The notes: generated by a model not told the origin, from the sequence alone. A stretch of DNA of 64,000 bases from Tubiluchus corallicola (GCA_030141605.1 JAQGDQ010000030.1:124001-188000), one strand, 5' to 3'. Positions 37,109 through 51,400 are shown, numbered from the stretch's first letter. Program-made: numbers and translations.

Positions 37109-40100
37109 AAATTTCTGTCATTTGCGTAGCGAGAAAGTTCTGTGAACTTTTTGTGAGCGTCATAATAAGAGGTTAATAGCCTCAAAAGCTTTCCTTGGTG
37201 TTATTCTATAAAATAGCCGCAGCTGCTGAAAAAAATACTGTATATTCGCACAGCATTTGAATTTATCTCTGTGTCCCAAATGCTCCTTGAATTGTAGAGA
37301 CTTCTTTATTCACAGCTAACACATCTTTCTCTCTCTCTCTCTCTCTCAGTTTAGCGCTTTCAAATTTCTGCTTTTTTGCTAATATTTCTTGAGATCTCCA
37401 GCTTGTCTTGGTAGCATACAGCGCAATTTCAGAATGTGTGAAATAACAGGAACTTCTCAACGCAAGTCTAGTGCTCTCTAGTGTTATTTTTGTAAAACAA
37501 AACTTCGTTGTTTGCTTATACAGTGTGTGCTATGGCGCATGCATATTGTGGGGTCTGGACACAAGAATGCTTTTCAGGAGGAAAGCTGAAGCCGGAGTTG
37601 GGCTTCACACATAACTTTGTGACGTCACATCGCGTTTAAGCCATCAGCAGAAAACAACGTATACGTATATACATATGTGTACGCAACATTATAGAATTGC
37701 TTGTACTTTGGACAGAATTGAATTGTGTTTTTTATTGTAAATTTATTAATTGAGGTCTGAGAGTGCCACTCGATGTAATATTTTTAGCTAGTTACGAAGA
37801 GTGTGGCCTTCCTCCAACATATGTTGCAAATTAGCTAAGTTAAAAGGGTCGCTGTCGTGTTGTTTAGGGTCGGTAAAACAGTTTGTCAGCACTCAATAAA
37901 ATCTGGTCCTTGTAATAGCATTTCACGAACCGCCTTGAGGCACAGAGATATATGCCTAGATTGAACCTAGAAAATGCTTTGGTCGTAAAATGTGCGCATG
38001 CGCAACTCGTGTCACTTCAGAAGTGTAAATCCATGTTTTGAAGTTGTGATTTGTGGCCACTGTTGCAAAAAGGCAAACAGTAACAAATTACTAAAATCAA
38101 CTCACTAACTTTTGATTTTCTTCAAAATAAAATTCTGTTGCACTGGTTGTTTTATCATTAAGAAGGAATTATATTCTAATGATCATGATGTTTCGAGATT
38201 TTATATCTCTTGCCCAGACATTATAATTGCAAGATAATTGAACTGAATAATGTAATTCAAACAATTTACAGCGTGATAAGATCAAAACAATAATTTAACT
38301 TGCTAAATGAAAAATTTGAAGTTTAAAAAACACTGCACTGGATTGGTAAAACCGTGGAGTAAACACTCCACTATTATACTCAAAGATCATTAAGGCATTT
38401 TATATTTATTCCCAAATATATTCCATTTCATATATATGTATATTACATTTATATACATTTGTTGTTAAATACGTGTGTTTTAAATCAGTGTTTTTCTCAC
38501 TAGTGTTATATTGGGTTATTTATCAGTGAAACTACCAACTGGTATCTAAATTTTCACTCTTTTGCAGTCACATTTATTTAAGACCATTTCTGTAAACTAC
38601 ATTAATTCTAAGTCTAAAATTTGCATTCTCATTTTATGAGTCTAATTATCTCTTGTTATATTTTGTGCACATGTGTATGACTGTATGTGTTATGATGTGA
38701 ACGAAACGAATAATAATATATAATAAAAAAGGGTGAGATGACATTCCAGACACTTAGCTGACTAGCGACATAGTAACTATAGTTATTAGGCTTTTGTGTT
38801 ATTTTATGGTGCTGAGTTCGGTTCCCAGCAGAACGACGTTTTTTTATCATTTTTGATTGTTTAGTCTTTTAATCTTGGCATGCTTTTTATCTGTGTGCTT
38901 ATTTTTATGCAATCTTATCTTCTCTACAGTTCATGCAATCTGAGCCAGGTTTGCCCTATTTTCTTGACGAGTATATGCCTATAAACACCCGGAGACAGTT
39001 ATGAGGCCCGCTGTTTGTATTAGAGCGCTTTTAAAACAGCTATTACAACTATTGTTTAGAAGGTAAACAGTCCAGCCAAGCCCTGGGCATCATTACGTCT
39101 GGCACGACTATGTTGTTTTAAGCCGGTGTTTGTTTATTTTAAAAAGTTCCAGTTCGTTTTATGAAGCAAGTTGGGCATAGAGCTGCCATTGGAGCATGCT
39201 TGATGATGTGGTGGATTGATGGCGTATCTAGTTCCATAAACTGAAGTATTAGAGCTGCCACTAGCGCCCTGGGCGCATTACAGTACGTTAATACCTAGCT
39301 TCATGGAGCCTAGTATGCATTACAGGGTGGTGGCGTATCCAGCGTCATGAAGTTGAGACGTAGTGTCGTAGGTGGCAGTTTTGATCCATTGCCGCGTAGT
39401 GCGTGTTCAGTTTATATGAAGAGGGCTGAGACTAGGAGACATTTCTACAACTGGGGCTGGGGCAAAACCGTTGTTGGATTTTGACTGATTTCAGCTTCTC
39501 AGTGATTGTAGTGGATTGTAGACTTTCACTCTGTACAGTTGGGAAAGAGAGTAGCTCCGCATGGTTTCTTGAAGCCACTCACCAGAAAAGGGATCTTAGT
39601 AGTGATTGCCGTGCTGGAAGATCTACCCAGGACCTGTTTCTGGAACAACAAATGGAGACGATGGCTGAATAAAACAAGAAGCCATCTAATAAAAAACCAT
39701 AGTCTTGGCTCTTAGTGGGGTGTTTGCGCTAGGTAAAGAAAAAAAAAGCTTACACGTTTGGCGCTTAAGTAAAGGCGTGGGAATATCAGTTATTGGGTGA
39801 TTGGTGGAACCCACGTATAATACTTTTGGGCTTGCATAGCTAAACTTGGGCCTTGCAGAAGGGGGAAGAGAAGGGCGCATTTCACTGGTTAAAAACCATT
39901 AACCATTAGATTTGAAAACACATAAGCTTGGTTGCTACTGCTTCTCTTTCTTCACGCAGTGACTTTTTTAATTTTACATACTTGTAGATCCAGAAGTCTG
40001 TTTAAGTTGTCTGCGCGCTCTTGAACATAAGTGTTTGCAAAATCACCCACAAATTCCAAATTTTGCAAATGCATTCCGGTTGACCTCTCTGCTAGTTCTA

Positions 40101-40703
40101 TTTTTTGTATCCAGTAAAAACATTCTAGCGCATCCCAAAATAATTCTCTTATAACATCATTGCTTGTACAGACAACATTCTGCATTTTTGCTTGTTTCAT
40201 TTCGTCATTGCCTTTTTTCTGTTTTTCAAGGCTACAGTCATGCCTTTTTCATGTGTATGGATATCATCTTCATACCAGTTCGCTTTATGAATCACATGTC
40301 CTGTCATGCTACATTGGCAATTTTAGAAACGATAGCAATTTTAGAAGTCAACACGTGTATTTTCTGGTAATGAAAATGGCTCACCACTTTTCCACGTGTG
40401 ATATAAAATCACCCAGCACTAAATGATGAAAAAATATAGCTAGATTGATAAGTTTCGGAGTTCACTTGCAATTTAGACAGCATATAACACTTTTACTGTT
40501 TTGTGCAATCCCAATGACATGGCACATATCTCACTGTTTAACAAAGATCAGGTTTAGGATCTTTTACACATTTCCTTCTTTTCAGTCAAGCATGGATTTC
40601 AAAATTTAATATTTTTAGCTTTATTTCATCATGCCATTGTTAAACTTTCTAACTTTTGAGTTGATCTTTGAGCATATAATCATTTCTTCAATGTCTTATT
40701 CAG

Positions 40704-40855
40704 ATAAACCCGCACAGTAAAGCCGCCAAGGCCGGAATCAGTATTGGTGACCAGGTAGTTCGGATCAATGGTCAGATGACGGATGGTTTCAAGCATGGCG
40801 ATGCTCTTGAACTCATATACAAGACTGGCGACACATTGTCCCTTGCATTGAAAAG
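40704..40855 (+). CDS. PDZ gene exon 2: INPHSKAAKAGISIGDQVVRINGQMTDGFKHGDALELIYKTGDTLSLALK(R)
   Basis: Completes the PDZ fold (SKAAKAG, GDxVxxING, H..A); attcag| acceptor, AG|gtttgt donor, phase 0 to 2. Confidence 0.95.
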
Positions 40856-41306
40856 GTTTGTAAAACTAGATCTTCTGTAGATTTACATTTCCGAATTTGT
40901 TGTCAAACGTTTTGCTGTCAGAAAGGATCAGTTGCTAAAAAACTGCAGAAAAAAGCAGTTACAAGTTGGTTACTATTCACTTAGTTTTGCAGTGCTCAGC
41001 ATGTGCAATGAGCAGGTATAATTGACGTTATTTAATTGACGAAATTAAATGTTGTTTCATTGTTCAAAGTAATACAAGGTGACCAAAACAATGTCGAACT
41101 TGGCACATACATGTGTAGTAGCAGCACAGGGGGAGTCGGGTCACTATAGTAAATTTGACCTTGACATTGACATTAAAGATTGGCTTGATCTTACATTTAA
41201 TCACCGTGGTCATCCACTAGTAGTCACTACTTCATGGCTTCAGGTCTTGCTCAACTTTGCTAACATGCATTATGACTAGCCTGCTAATATTTTGCTGTCT
41301 TTACAG

Positions 41307-41356
41307 AGTTCAGGAAGATCTCGCTAATGCAAAAAGAAATAACATCATGGAATCTC
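41307..41356 (+). CDS. PDZ gene exon 3: (R)VQEDLANAKRNNIMES
   Basis: tttacag| ... C|gtgagt; phase 2 to 1 fits both neighbours. Confidence 0.88.
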
Positions 41357-41584
41357 GTGAGTACACTTGTACTGTGATTTTATAATTTGTAAGCAGAAAG
41401 TCTGTGATTAGATTTTGTTTTATTGGCTTAGTTTTGCAAATTTTTTATTATTCAACTCTCTAATACTTTTTGACATGCGTCACATGTTTTTGTTATAAAA
41501 TACCCTTTACATCACTCGTGCACTTTTTAGTATCGATTAAAGTTTCTGTGAGTTGGTTTCATTTTCTGACTTCTATCATTTCAG

Positions 41585-41683
41585 CTTCAATGGCTAGGGT
41601 GAGATTTGGTTCGGGCACCCACTCGGAACCAGGAAATATCGGTAGTGGTGAATCGGCTACTTCCGGCTCATGGCATCCACCCG
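41585..41683 (+). CDS. PDZ gene exon 4: (P)SMARVRFGSGTHSEPGNIGSGESATSGSWHPP
   Basis: catttcag| ... G|gtaagt; 99 nt, phase 1-1. Confidence 0.9.
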
Positions 41684-43926
41684 GTAAGTGTAACTGCATG
41701 CAAAGTAGCATAGACAATGTAAAGTTATCAATCTTTATAAAACATGCTTTCCATCTTTGGCTTCCAACAGTTCCATGTTCATTAATGACATTGACTGTAC
41801 CACAGCTGTTGAAGAATGATGGAATTTCAGTCGGTCCGCATGCTCAATTTTCGACCTGGAGGTTGCAGCTCGGTTACTTTGCTAGGTCACGTCAGAAACT
41901 CAAAAAATGTTAGCTGCATTACATTATTTACTCATTTGTATTATTTATTAGTAATATTTTTTCTTGTATCTCGTTTTAGAACTTTCTATTGACATGTATC
42001 CCATATTAAGATTTTCTTCTAAGAAAATGAAATGTTTTCCCATAAAACCGTTCTTCAGGAAAATGATTTATAAAATGTCTGGCAAATGAGCTTCAAATGG
42101 GATTGAATTCCTAGTCTTCTCTGCCTTTGGGAATAATGAAATTCTGGCAGCAAACTTCTAGTTCATCTTTTTGTTCATTTGGCTCTGGTTGGAATTTGCG
42201 GTGCTCAAATTATCTTCATTAGGAGTTTTAACCCTGCTGCTATTAAAAATTGAAGGCATAATTATCAATTGAAAACTGAAATGGAAAATTACAGGTTTTT
42301 GGATCTATTGCTCACTGTCATTGATTAGTTGTCATGGTTTCACTGCTGGATTTGATTCAAACTGATTCCAGTTAAAGTTGATAAAGAAATTTTGCTGCAG
42401 TTGATTAAATCGTAATCCTGATAAATTTTTGTTTTGACCCCCATATATTTATCTGTGATTTCCTGTTTTCTTTTGGGTGTGTTTGACAGGGTGAATTAAT
42501 TTGATCAAGTTAAATGTGTGTAAGTGTAATTGCCTGAACAATTTGTAATTGATTAGGATTAACTGTAGTGCTCAGCTGATGTTGTTGTTGTTAGTTATTA
42601 GAACGAAGGAAATAGCAGACAGTGTGCGCTTAGCAAACAAATTAAGCAAGGACAAACCTAATCAGAATATGGATGAGTGACAGTTGAGGAAAAGGTCTCC
42701 TGTATGGTTCCATACAACATATTGGCCCTGACCACTTACTTCGTTGAGGCAAGATGTATATGTAGCTGATCACGAGTTACCTCTGTCACCTCAAACTCTT
42801 AATTTTGGAGTATTATCCTTGATAATTAACTAGACTCTTGTCCTGACTTGTCTAGTGCTTCTTTAACAAAATGCACGTTACGCTTAGCAAACAGTGGCAT
42901 CAGGAAGCTGTTTAAATTACCATAATTATGATTTTAGTGCTTCTGGCATGTGTATAAATTTACCATGTCACATTTTTCGCACCTGTATAGGAAAGCCTTT
43001 TACAGTATAATAAAATGATTACTAGGACTTGTGAACAATAAACATTTACTAACTATTGTCAACTCCGTACGAGTCATACAATCTCGTTATTTTAACATGT
43101 AAACATTTAGACCCATGTAAGAAGGCCATGCATTTTTCTTTTCTGACAGTCAATCAACCAGGAATTTAATTAGACAGCAAATTAATCAGTGAGTAAATTG
43201 TCATCAGACCTGTCTGAATTGCGTCTAGGCGTAATGGAAATTCATTTCTTTTTTCTCTAGTTATGTGCTTTTTAATATCTTTCTGATTATAATTGATATT
43301 TCTGACAGCTGAATTATAAGAAAGAAAAAACCGGTGCAACCTCCCACTAGGCCAATTTGTCCCGCGTCCCGTAACAATACACACATCGCTCGACCAGATA
43401 TTGATTGCCGCAAAACCGTTATATGCTGCTGCTGCTGCTGATGTAGATTCTCTCAGAATTTCTCAGGCTTTCTATAGTGAATGTAGGTTAGTAGTGAATC
43501 TCTCACTGCATTGTGTCTTGCAGCCTTCTCTTTTTACAGCAAGTGTGCCTTTTTTAAGCTACTTTGTGTGTCTCTTTGTTCTTTGTGTTTGGGCAGGATT
43601 ATAGATTGCGCGGGAGCTGGAGAAATCAGGTGTGAAGTTCCCAGTAATGAACTGGGTTAATTGCTAGTACAATCTGATAACACAGGTTTGTTAATCGCTA
43701 CAAATTTATTGCGTTGAATTGCGTGATAGATGTTCACCCGAGACGGCATCATTTTACAGTTGCGTTTGTAGTCTTGGAAACATGATTTATCAACATTTGC
43801 AACACGGCCATTAGTTACAGTTTGGTTAGTGACAAGAGCTTGTTTACAAACCCTAAGTTTACAAACTTTAATTTTATCATATTATCCAAACTTACAGTAG
43901 GATGGTAAATGTATCAGGTGTATCTT

Positions 43927-43998
<72 letters not shown>

Positions 43999-43999
43999 G

Positions 44000-44030
<31 letters not shown>

Positions 44031-44067
44031 GTCTCTCTCTCTCTCGCTCGCTCTCTCTCTCTCTCTC

Positions 44068-44125
<58 letters not shown>
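43927..44125. repeat. (CT)n microsatellite, ~200 bp
   Basis: Directly visible; explains the ER/LS-repeat ORFs. Confidence 0.98.
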
Positions 44126-44127
<2 letters not shown>

Positions 44128-44498
44128 GTCTGTGAATCCCTATAAATACAATTTCAGTGGCCGTCATAATTTTGTGTATATTTTGTTCAAAGAAAAAAGT
44201 TTTTGTGTGCAGTTTCTTAGAAAATGTTGTGCTAAATCATTGGCAATTATCTTTACAGCATTTTGAGATATCAATGTAAATTTGAGTATGTCTTTAGGAA
44301 ACGAAAGAACAAACGTCTAACATAATTATGTATGTATTTAATATCATTGTCATGTTTTGTAGCAGTAGATTGACTACAGCTGCACTCTCTCTCTCTTATG
44401 TTTAATTGTTGGAGCTATGATTAGCAGCCCGTTTTATTTCAATTAGAGTGCTTGCTGTTACCTTAAAAATCACCAGTGACTGTGAACATTCTATTATA

Positions 44499-45053
44499 CA
44501 GGGTGTTTCATAAGTCTCTCCTTATTTTTAGAAGTTTGCTAAAATAGCAGTTAAAAGAGGAATCCACATGGCAATTTGTTTGCTGAATTTGAGATTCATG
44601 AAAATTCAGGTGGCATCACACTTAGCTTCATAATATGTACATGAAAGTTACTAGCGCACCTGAAAGTGAGCAACACCTTTTCTGAAACAAGCCAAGTCAC
44701 CTTTTCTGAAACAACCAAGTCATTCTTGGCCAGTCGATATTGGAGAACATTTTGGAAGTAACAGAAGCACATGCATTCCTCATCCATTCTAGTATGGGCA
44801 GGTTAACGCAGCTTGGTTGCATCACTTGTATGGTGTATGATTTAGCGAGCGAACAACCCCGCTCAGCTCTGCTAAACGTAAACTCAAAAAATTCTCAACT
44901 AATGACAACCACATGGTTTATATGGTTATAATGTGTAAGTATTCTTATTTTTTATGCTACTAACAAATTGAAAATTGTTCTGCAATTTCGAAATAAATAG
45001 TAATGCAATGTAAATTCAAAATCAAATTACTGTGAGACTTATGAAGCACCTTG
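44499..45053. mobile_element. Tc1/mariner-type MITE, 555 bp
   Basis: TA|CAGGGTGTTTCATAAGTCTC ... GAGACTTATGAAGCACCTTG|TA. Confidence 0.88.
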
Positions 45054-46213
45054 TACGAAAAATTTTGCTAAAAAAACTGATCTACCTATCGCAGCTGTAC
45101 TTTGAAATTCCCCCTATTTCATTTTCCCCTCTTCTCCACTCATGCAGCAGCTAAGCAACCATTTTATCCTACATTCCACAACGACATTGCAAAATTACTT
45201 CAGGATATTGATCAGGGCTAAATATGTGCATAATTGCTTAATCTATTACTAGTCAGTGTGTGCACTTGTCATTACTATTCTGACATGATGAAATGACAGA
45301 GACGGAATATTACATATGAAACTGGCATTTGAGCTTCAAAAATGTGCAGTAAAAACTGTTTCAGTGTCATTTTACTAAGTTCACTTAACTAAGGTGGTAC
45401 AGAAAGCATACCTTTGAGATGAATAAGGGTAGCTAGGCTTCTTTGTCATTAGCATAAAACCTCTTTTAGCTTGGCACGTTTAGCAATTAGTCAACTGAAC
45501 GGCGTCTACATATTGTATAATTGACGTTTTCTCGTGCCTTCTGGGCCTCGCTTGACACGTGAAGAATTTAATCTACGCACGGCAGTGCCTGTAATTAATT
45601 CTCACCTGTTCCTCGCACGAGTACAGGTAATGATTAATACGTGTATAGTAATACCTGGTAAGCTCTACAAGTGACGTTAATGATTAAACCTGCGTTTGCA
45701 GTCATGAGCTGTGAAGACAAGCTTGTACTTATTGGAAAAATAAAAAATGGAGAATTTATGCTTGCAGTACTTTATTTTAGATGAATAAACATTTTTTATT
45801 GTTATTTTAATAGGAATAGACATTCTTATTGGTTGGTGGAAAAGCTATTATATAATGCTAAAGATAATTGCAATAATTGACACAGTGATTAACTAATGAC
45901 AACTAGGCATCATTTCTGCTGTATTTGGTATTTTAACTGGACAGCTTTTTATCTTGAATAACTTGTGCTTGTATTTTCTATAGCTACACGATCTTCCTTA
46001 TGCAATATCTAGCGTCAAATAATTATATTAGGGTGTTGTAACCTGTGGTCTCCTAAGCACGCGAAGTTGCAGAAATACAGTTTCTTTTTTTATTTTGTAG
46101 GTACTCAATGTAAATGACTATTCTGTGTTATTTAAGACCGTCTTTCTAAAAAAATCCAATGTTTTCGTCATTTTTTTCCTATATGCACCCAACTTCTCTG
46201 TGCATTTTTGCAG

Positions 46214-46263
46214 ATGAAATTTCTAGAAACAGTTCCAACGGTAGTCGCCCGTCCATTTACTGA
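46214..46263 (+). CDS. Candidate alternative terminal exon: (D)EISRNSSNGSRPSIY*
   Basis: Strong acceptor gcatttttgcag|; phase-1 reading ends at TGA 46261; AATAAA at 46398. Confidence 0.45.
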
Positions 46264-46990
46264 CCAGGCTAATTTTGCTCATCCTAAGCCCCAAGTCTTG
46301 CTTAACCTTGGTCACAAACCATGACCACTCAGTTGTTTTCTGTCGTCTGGGAATTTATATTGGGTTTTTGACTTATATAAATGTTTTCAAAAACTTGAAT
46401 AAATTGATAATTGATCATTTACACATTTAACGTCTGACGTACGTCACTCTTCAAACACACCATTAATTATTCTATACATTCATTTTATTGTCTTAGGGAG
46501 AGGGTTTTATTACATCGCGGAACTCTTTTATCGGCCCATGCCGCTAAACGAACAATTTTGCTCATATTAAATTTCGCATACAAGTCAGCGTAAACTAATT
46601 TCCAGCAATTGATATTGACCAGCCGAAATTATCCAAACACACAGTGTAGATAGAAGCAATATATATGCAGAGAGGAATTAACTTATATTGACTACACTAG
46701 TTGATTGAAAGCTGTTAGATGGATTCCCCGTGCCTGATGGGTTAAATTTCCCCCAGCATGTTCATGTTGAGTGAACACTGAACATGCAAGTGTGTTTATA
46801 CGCACACGCAGTGAATATGTTCATGCTTGTATATTATTGCAAAAAAGCGAAATGTGTTGCTCATATTTCTTCGCGTGTCCCAGCCCATACGTGCATTGAC
46901 TGTGTTCACTGTTACAGGCTATGTGCATATAAGGGTATTGGGGGAAAGCAATTATGTATAAACGGCAAAAACGTTCTGATTGAACTTGTT

Positions 46991-47088
46991 CATGTGTATG
47001 TAACTGTGTATGTAAAGAAAAACGTGTCATGTGAAGGTCCATGTGTATGTAACTATGTGTGTAAAGAAAAACGTGTCATGTGAAGGTC
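46991..47088. repeat. 49-bp tandem repeat, 2 copies
   Basis: CATGTGTATGTAACTRTGTRTGTAAAGAAAAACGTGTCATGTGAAGGTC twice. Confidence 0.9.
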
Positions 47089-50000
47089 CGGGACTTCATG
47101 CTAATGTATACTGAATAAATTTGTTCGTGCATAATGTGTTGAGCGATACGTTTACATTTTGTGTATAAAAGGTGTTTGTGCGACTTGTGAATAAACAGTA
47201 AATGAACGTTTTTGCGCATATATGCAACGTACGTTTACGTAACTGCATTTTTAAAATGCTGATTAAATATTAGTGCGACATATAGAATTAATGCGTTAAG
47301 ACTAAACTGTACGGAATTTTGTTTTTTAAGGGGGGTAGGATCATTAGGGGTTCTGTGGTCGTCTTGATCTCATACGTTTTACAAGTTTTTTTTACAAAAG
47401 ACTTGGAAAATTAAAAGCTAAACAAAAGCCTATTGTATGCAGAATTGATTAAATGAGTTACTTAGTTTGCTACAATAAAGTCAAGTGGTAGCGTTAGCCT
47501 GTAGAATAATTACACGTAATTGCTACTCGCTGCTGCAACTTCCATTCATTCACTGCTTTCGCGCCCCACAATAATGGCAGCACAATGTGCTATTGCACTT
47601 GAAGCCTAACCATTTAGTAATTGAACATTATACACAGTGCAGTAACTATAGTAATTATCTCATGTATTAGATTGGGCACTGAACTTTATAATTACTCAAA
47701 TTGGATGCATAGATGTTGAGTGAGCAAACATGCAACTTGCAATTTAATCTCTAGCAACGTATGAACAATTCATATTTCAATGTAAATAATGCAACTTATG
47801 TACAGCTTGTGCACATTTTTGTACAGTTAATCCAGCACTAATCAGAAGACTTTATTTCTAATGTTTAGCGAATTGGTGACCAGAATCTTGTTAATTATCA
47901 AAGGTTATTCTGTAAATTGAGTCAGGGAACTGGCAGAGGTCTTTTAGTCACACTTAGTTTTTTATACGTCCATCAATTAAAGAAAAAGCCTGGGGCATTA
48001 TGGCAGTCGCCCACCGATTTCCTAACCTATTCCAACATGAGTTAACTTTTATCCCGAGCACACAATAACCACTGTGCTTTTACCCTGCTCCTAACCAAAA
48101 TCCTTATTAAATATTGCGTAAATGTTAATCTAAAAAGTAAACAAATGAACAACAAGTAAACGCATTCCTGGCTAGCTGAGCTAGATCACTGGTCTGGTTT
48201 ACATACTAACTACTCTTAATTTTTCTGCATCCGTTTAATCATCCAATAAACCACTCTTTCATTCATTCAATCATTCATTCATTCTTTCATTATGTTTTCT
48301 CTTTTAGTTATTTATTTAACATTTACTTACAAGTTAAAAAAATAGATACAACAAAAACGTTTTACGAAAACTTGCCACCTATAGAGACATATATTAGATT
48401 TATATGATATAAGTTACTCATAACTTGTAATATACTTAGCTGCTAGTGCCACGTGCACATGAAGCCACTTAAATGATTACTTACGTACTTGCTGTCAATG
48501 TGCAACACTGATGCATTCGTGACAATAAGATATTCTTCTTAATTACTTCACTTGGATTGTTTCGTCAAGCAGTATTCCGGGGGAAATTGATGTTTCGTGC
48601 ATCTAGACAGTGACACGTATTAGTGCATTTATGGACACTGTATTATTCGTACGATATTGCTTTCCGTGTAGGCAAAAGAATCAACAGAAAAATCTTACGT
48701 GAAAACAGATTAGTTTTGTCTGAATAAATTGATATAAAGTAAGGTGACTAGCTAAATTATAAAGTAAGGTGACTAGCTAAATTGTCATGGTATGTTTAGC
48801 TATAGAAATTAAACAGCACTGAACCTGTTTGGTGTGGTCTGCCGAGTTTCACTGCCACACGACTTTGGGCAACATAAGTGGATGCGAATGTGTAGAAATT
48901 CACTTGCGCCGCGTTTACTGGTTCTGTGCTTCATTTCAAAGTAAAGTTCTTGATATTGAATTATGTCCAATCCTACTAGTAGCTATCCTACTGAATCCCG
49001 ACTTGCAAAATGTTGAACTTTATAAAAAGTGATAAGTTAGCTTTATCGCCAAACTAGTGCCACAAGCCCAAATTTCTTGACTAATAACGAAAGTTTTTAG
49101 TTTTGATCAGTGTTCAACCACAAGCCACCCATTTCAGTTATAAGAGCACATTGATCGTAACTTTGTAACTGCAGGAAGGTCACACTTCAACAAATGAAGT
49201 ATTGCCAGCTTGCCTAGGAACTGCCTTTTTTGTCCTTCAGTAACCCGTCATCAGAAACTATCTTCTACAAGCGTATCGGTACTGGGGTTAGTTTAGAATC
49301 TATGGCGCGAGCAAGTTAAGTTTGCCATTAGCCCGAGGTCCTTGGGTCTTGCTTGAGACCAGAGGACTTAGAGAAAATATGATAAAATACGAAAATACTG
49401 GAATAAAATGAATAAAATTGTTATTCCTTTTATTCTTATACTGCGCGAAGCAGCAAACGCTGGTTTTGTCCATCTGACAAATTGTTTTGATTTGCTGGAA
49501 TGAAGCCAGTACACCAGATCATTTATTCCTGGGTCTCATTCTGGCTTCTTATGGGACACGCTTAACTGACTTCCTGCCGCCAACAATGGATGACCAGATA
49601 TTAATCAAGCCTGGAAGGAAAAAGCAATCTTCAGCCATTAGTTGGTATTACCGCCATTACAGTTGCCACATCTGTAGTAAATCTACTATAAAAGACTCAT
49701 TGTGCATGGCCACACTTACTGCAATGGAACACGGTGACAATACTCATGCATATGTGAATGTAATGCTAAGCAGATTCTTCTGCATGAATAACTTATTGAA
49801 AATATAACCGACTGATTCAATACTATAACATTATTTGTTCACTGGCCATATTATACGCTTATGTTTCCCGCTTATTATTTCTGTTTACTTTAATTAAGCG
49901 CCCTTGCCGCATCTTCCTTTATGAATTTTGTTGTTTTTCCATCTCCAGACTCAAGTTCTGTCAACACTGCTTAGCTGCTGGCCAGCGACTACACTCCCAA

Positions 50001-50226
50001 GTGATTACGTCCCTTACATCAAATATTCAACTAGCCTATTCCTGCTGCTGATTTATCCCAATCAATATTGACAGATTGAATTTAAATGGCTCTGTTATGG
50101 CGGTTTATATCTCTGTTGGCTCACTCACTGAAAGGCAGCCTAAGTGCGGATCAATGTAAAGGTTTGCACTTTCACAGCTTGCCTTTGTTTTAGCTATCAT
50201 TTTTCTTCCACTCCTTTCTTAACCCC

Positions 50227-50265
<39 letters not shown>

Positions 50266-50869
50266 CGCTCGGCCGGCCGGTCTGTCTGCCTCTATTCCTC
50301 TCGCTATCGCTGTTTCTCTCCCTTCTGTTTTTCGCTCTCTAACCCTTACCCTTGTTACATCCTTCTTTATTTGACTGATTCTTTTTGCCCAATGCCTTCT
50401 TAGTTGAAACTCTGCTCGTTGGTAATCATAATTTGTCGCAATTCTTGTTCCTTTCTCTACTGTTTTTAAGTCGTACACTCTATTGACACTCAGTGAAACA
50501 GTAAAGAAACCCCCAGTTGGGTATAAATTTCTTATCCGTGTCTCGGGTTACTAAATCGACTAAAAATACGTACTACGCCGCTCTGCTGTGCTAAGTATAG
50601 TAGCCACAGCGCCCCAAGTGGCTACGTGAATCAATCAGTGTTGACAGCGTCAGCCACGTGAGCTTTACTGTGGAAAGGGGGGCTTCTTTTGCTTTTCTTT
50701 CAGCCTGTGGCGAGTTCAGATGTAGGTGGTGTTAATATATGTAAGGGCGAATCTAAAGAGGTGAGATATTGTATATTTGAGTTGTTCCACGAGGTATGCT
50801 CTTTTCGTGATAAGGATCCCTGTAAAAAGTTATAAAAAGACTTACAGTTGTTTATATTTTTGTTTGTAG

Positions 50870-50992
50870 ATAGTTGTTTCGATATAGTACTTAACTACTT
50901 AATGCATTTTTGTAATATTTTACAACGTTTCTGTGTGCTGGAATACAAGAACACAGAGAAGTTGGTTGTAGTAGTTAGGGTTCATAGAAGAG
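50870..50992 (+). CDS. Candidate cassette or alternative-start exon (ATG 50902: MHFCNILQRFCVLEYKNTEKLVVVVRVHRR)
   Basis: tttgtttgtag| ... AGAG|gtatgt; 123 nt, open in phase 1-1. Confidence 0.4.
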
Positions 50993-51400
50993 GTATGTTG
51001 TTGTAATGTGAGGGCTGATTCAGAAGGTATTATTACTTGCGGCAACTAGGGCACATTGCAGCAGTGGCATAAAGGCTGCCATTATTTTATTGCTTTTATT
51101 AACATTTCAGAAAAAATAATAAAATGTCAATGGTCTGTTTTAGTTCACAAATGAAAACAGGGGTAACAGAATTGTATTATTTTTCAAGTGGGTGAGCTGG
51201 CTCCAGTGTTTTTAAAAACTGAGGAAACTACTTTAAGTGAGCTCATATGCGAAGCTACACTCTCCACTCAGCAATTAAATAACTGATAAAGCATGCCTTG
51301 TTTACGATGTGATTTTAACCTGATCCAATTTGGAAAGTGTGTTTTTTGAAAATACGTTCATTGCATTTGCAATGTTTTTCACTGTTGTTTTTTTTTACAG

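Noticed and set aside
43892-44167. ER- and LS-repeat ORFs (also 50144-50478)
   Set aside because: Translations of CT/GA microsatellites.
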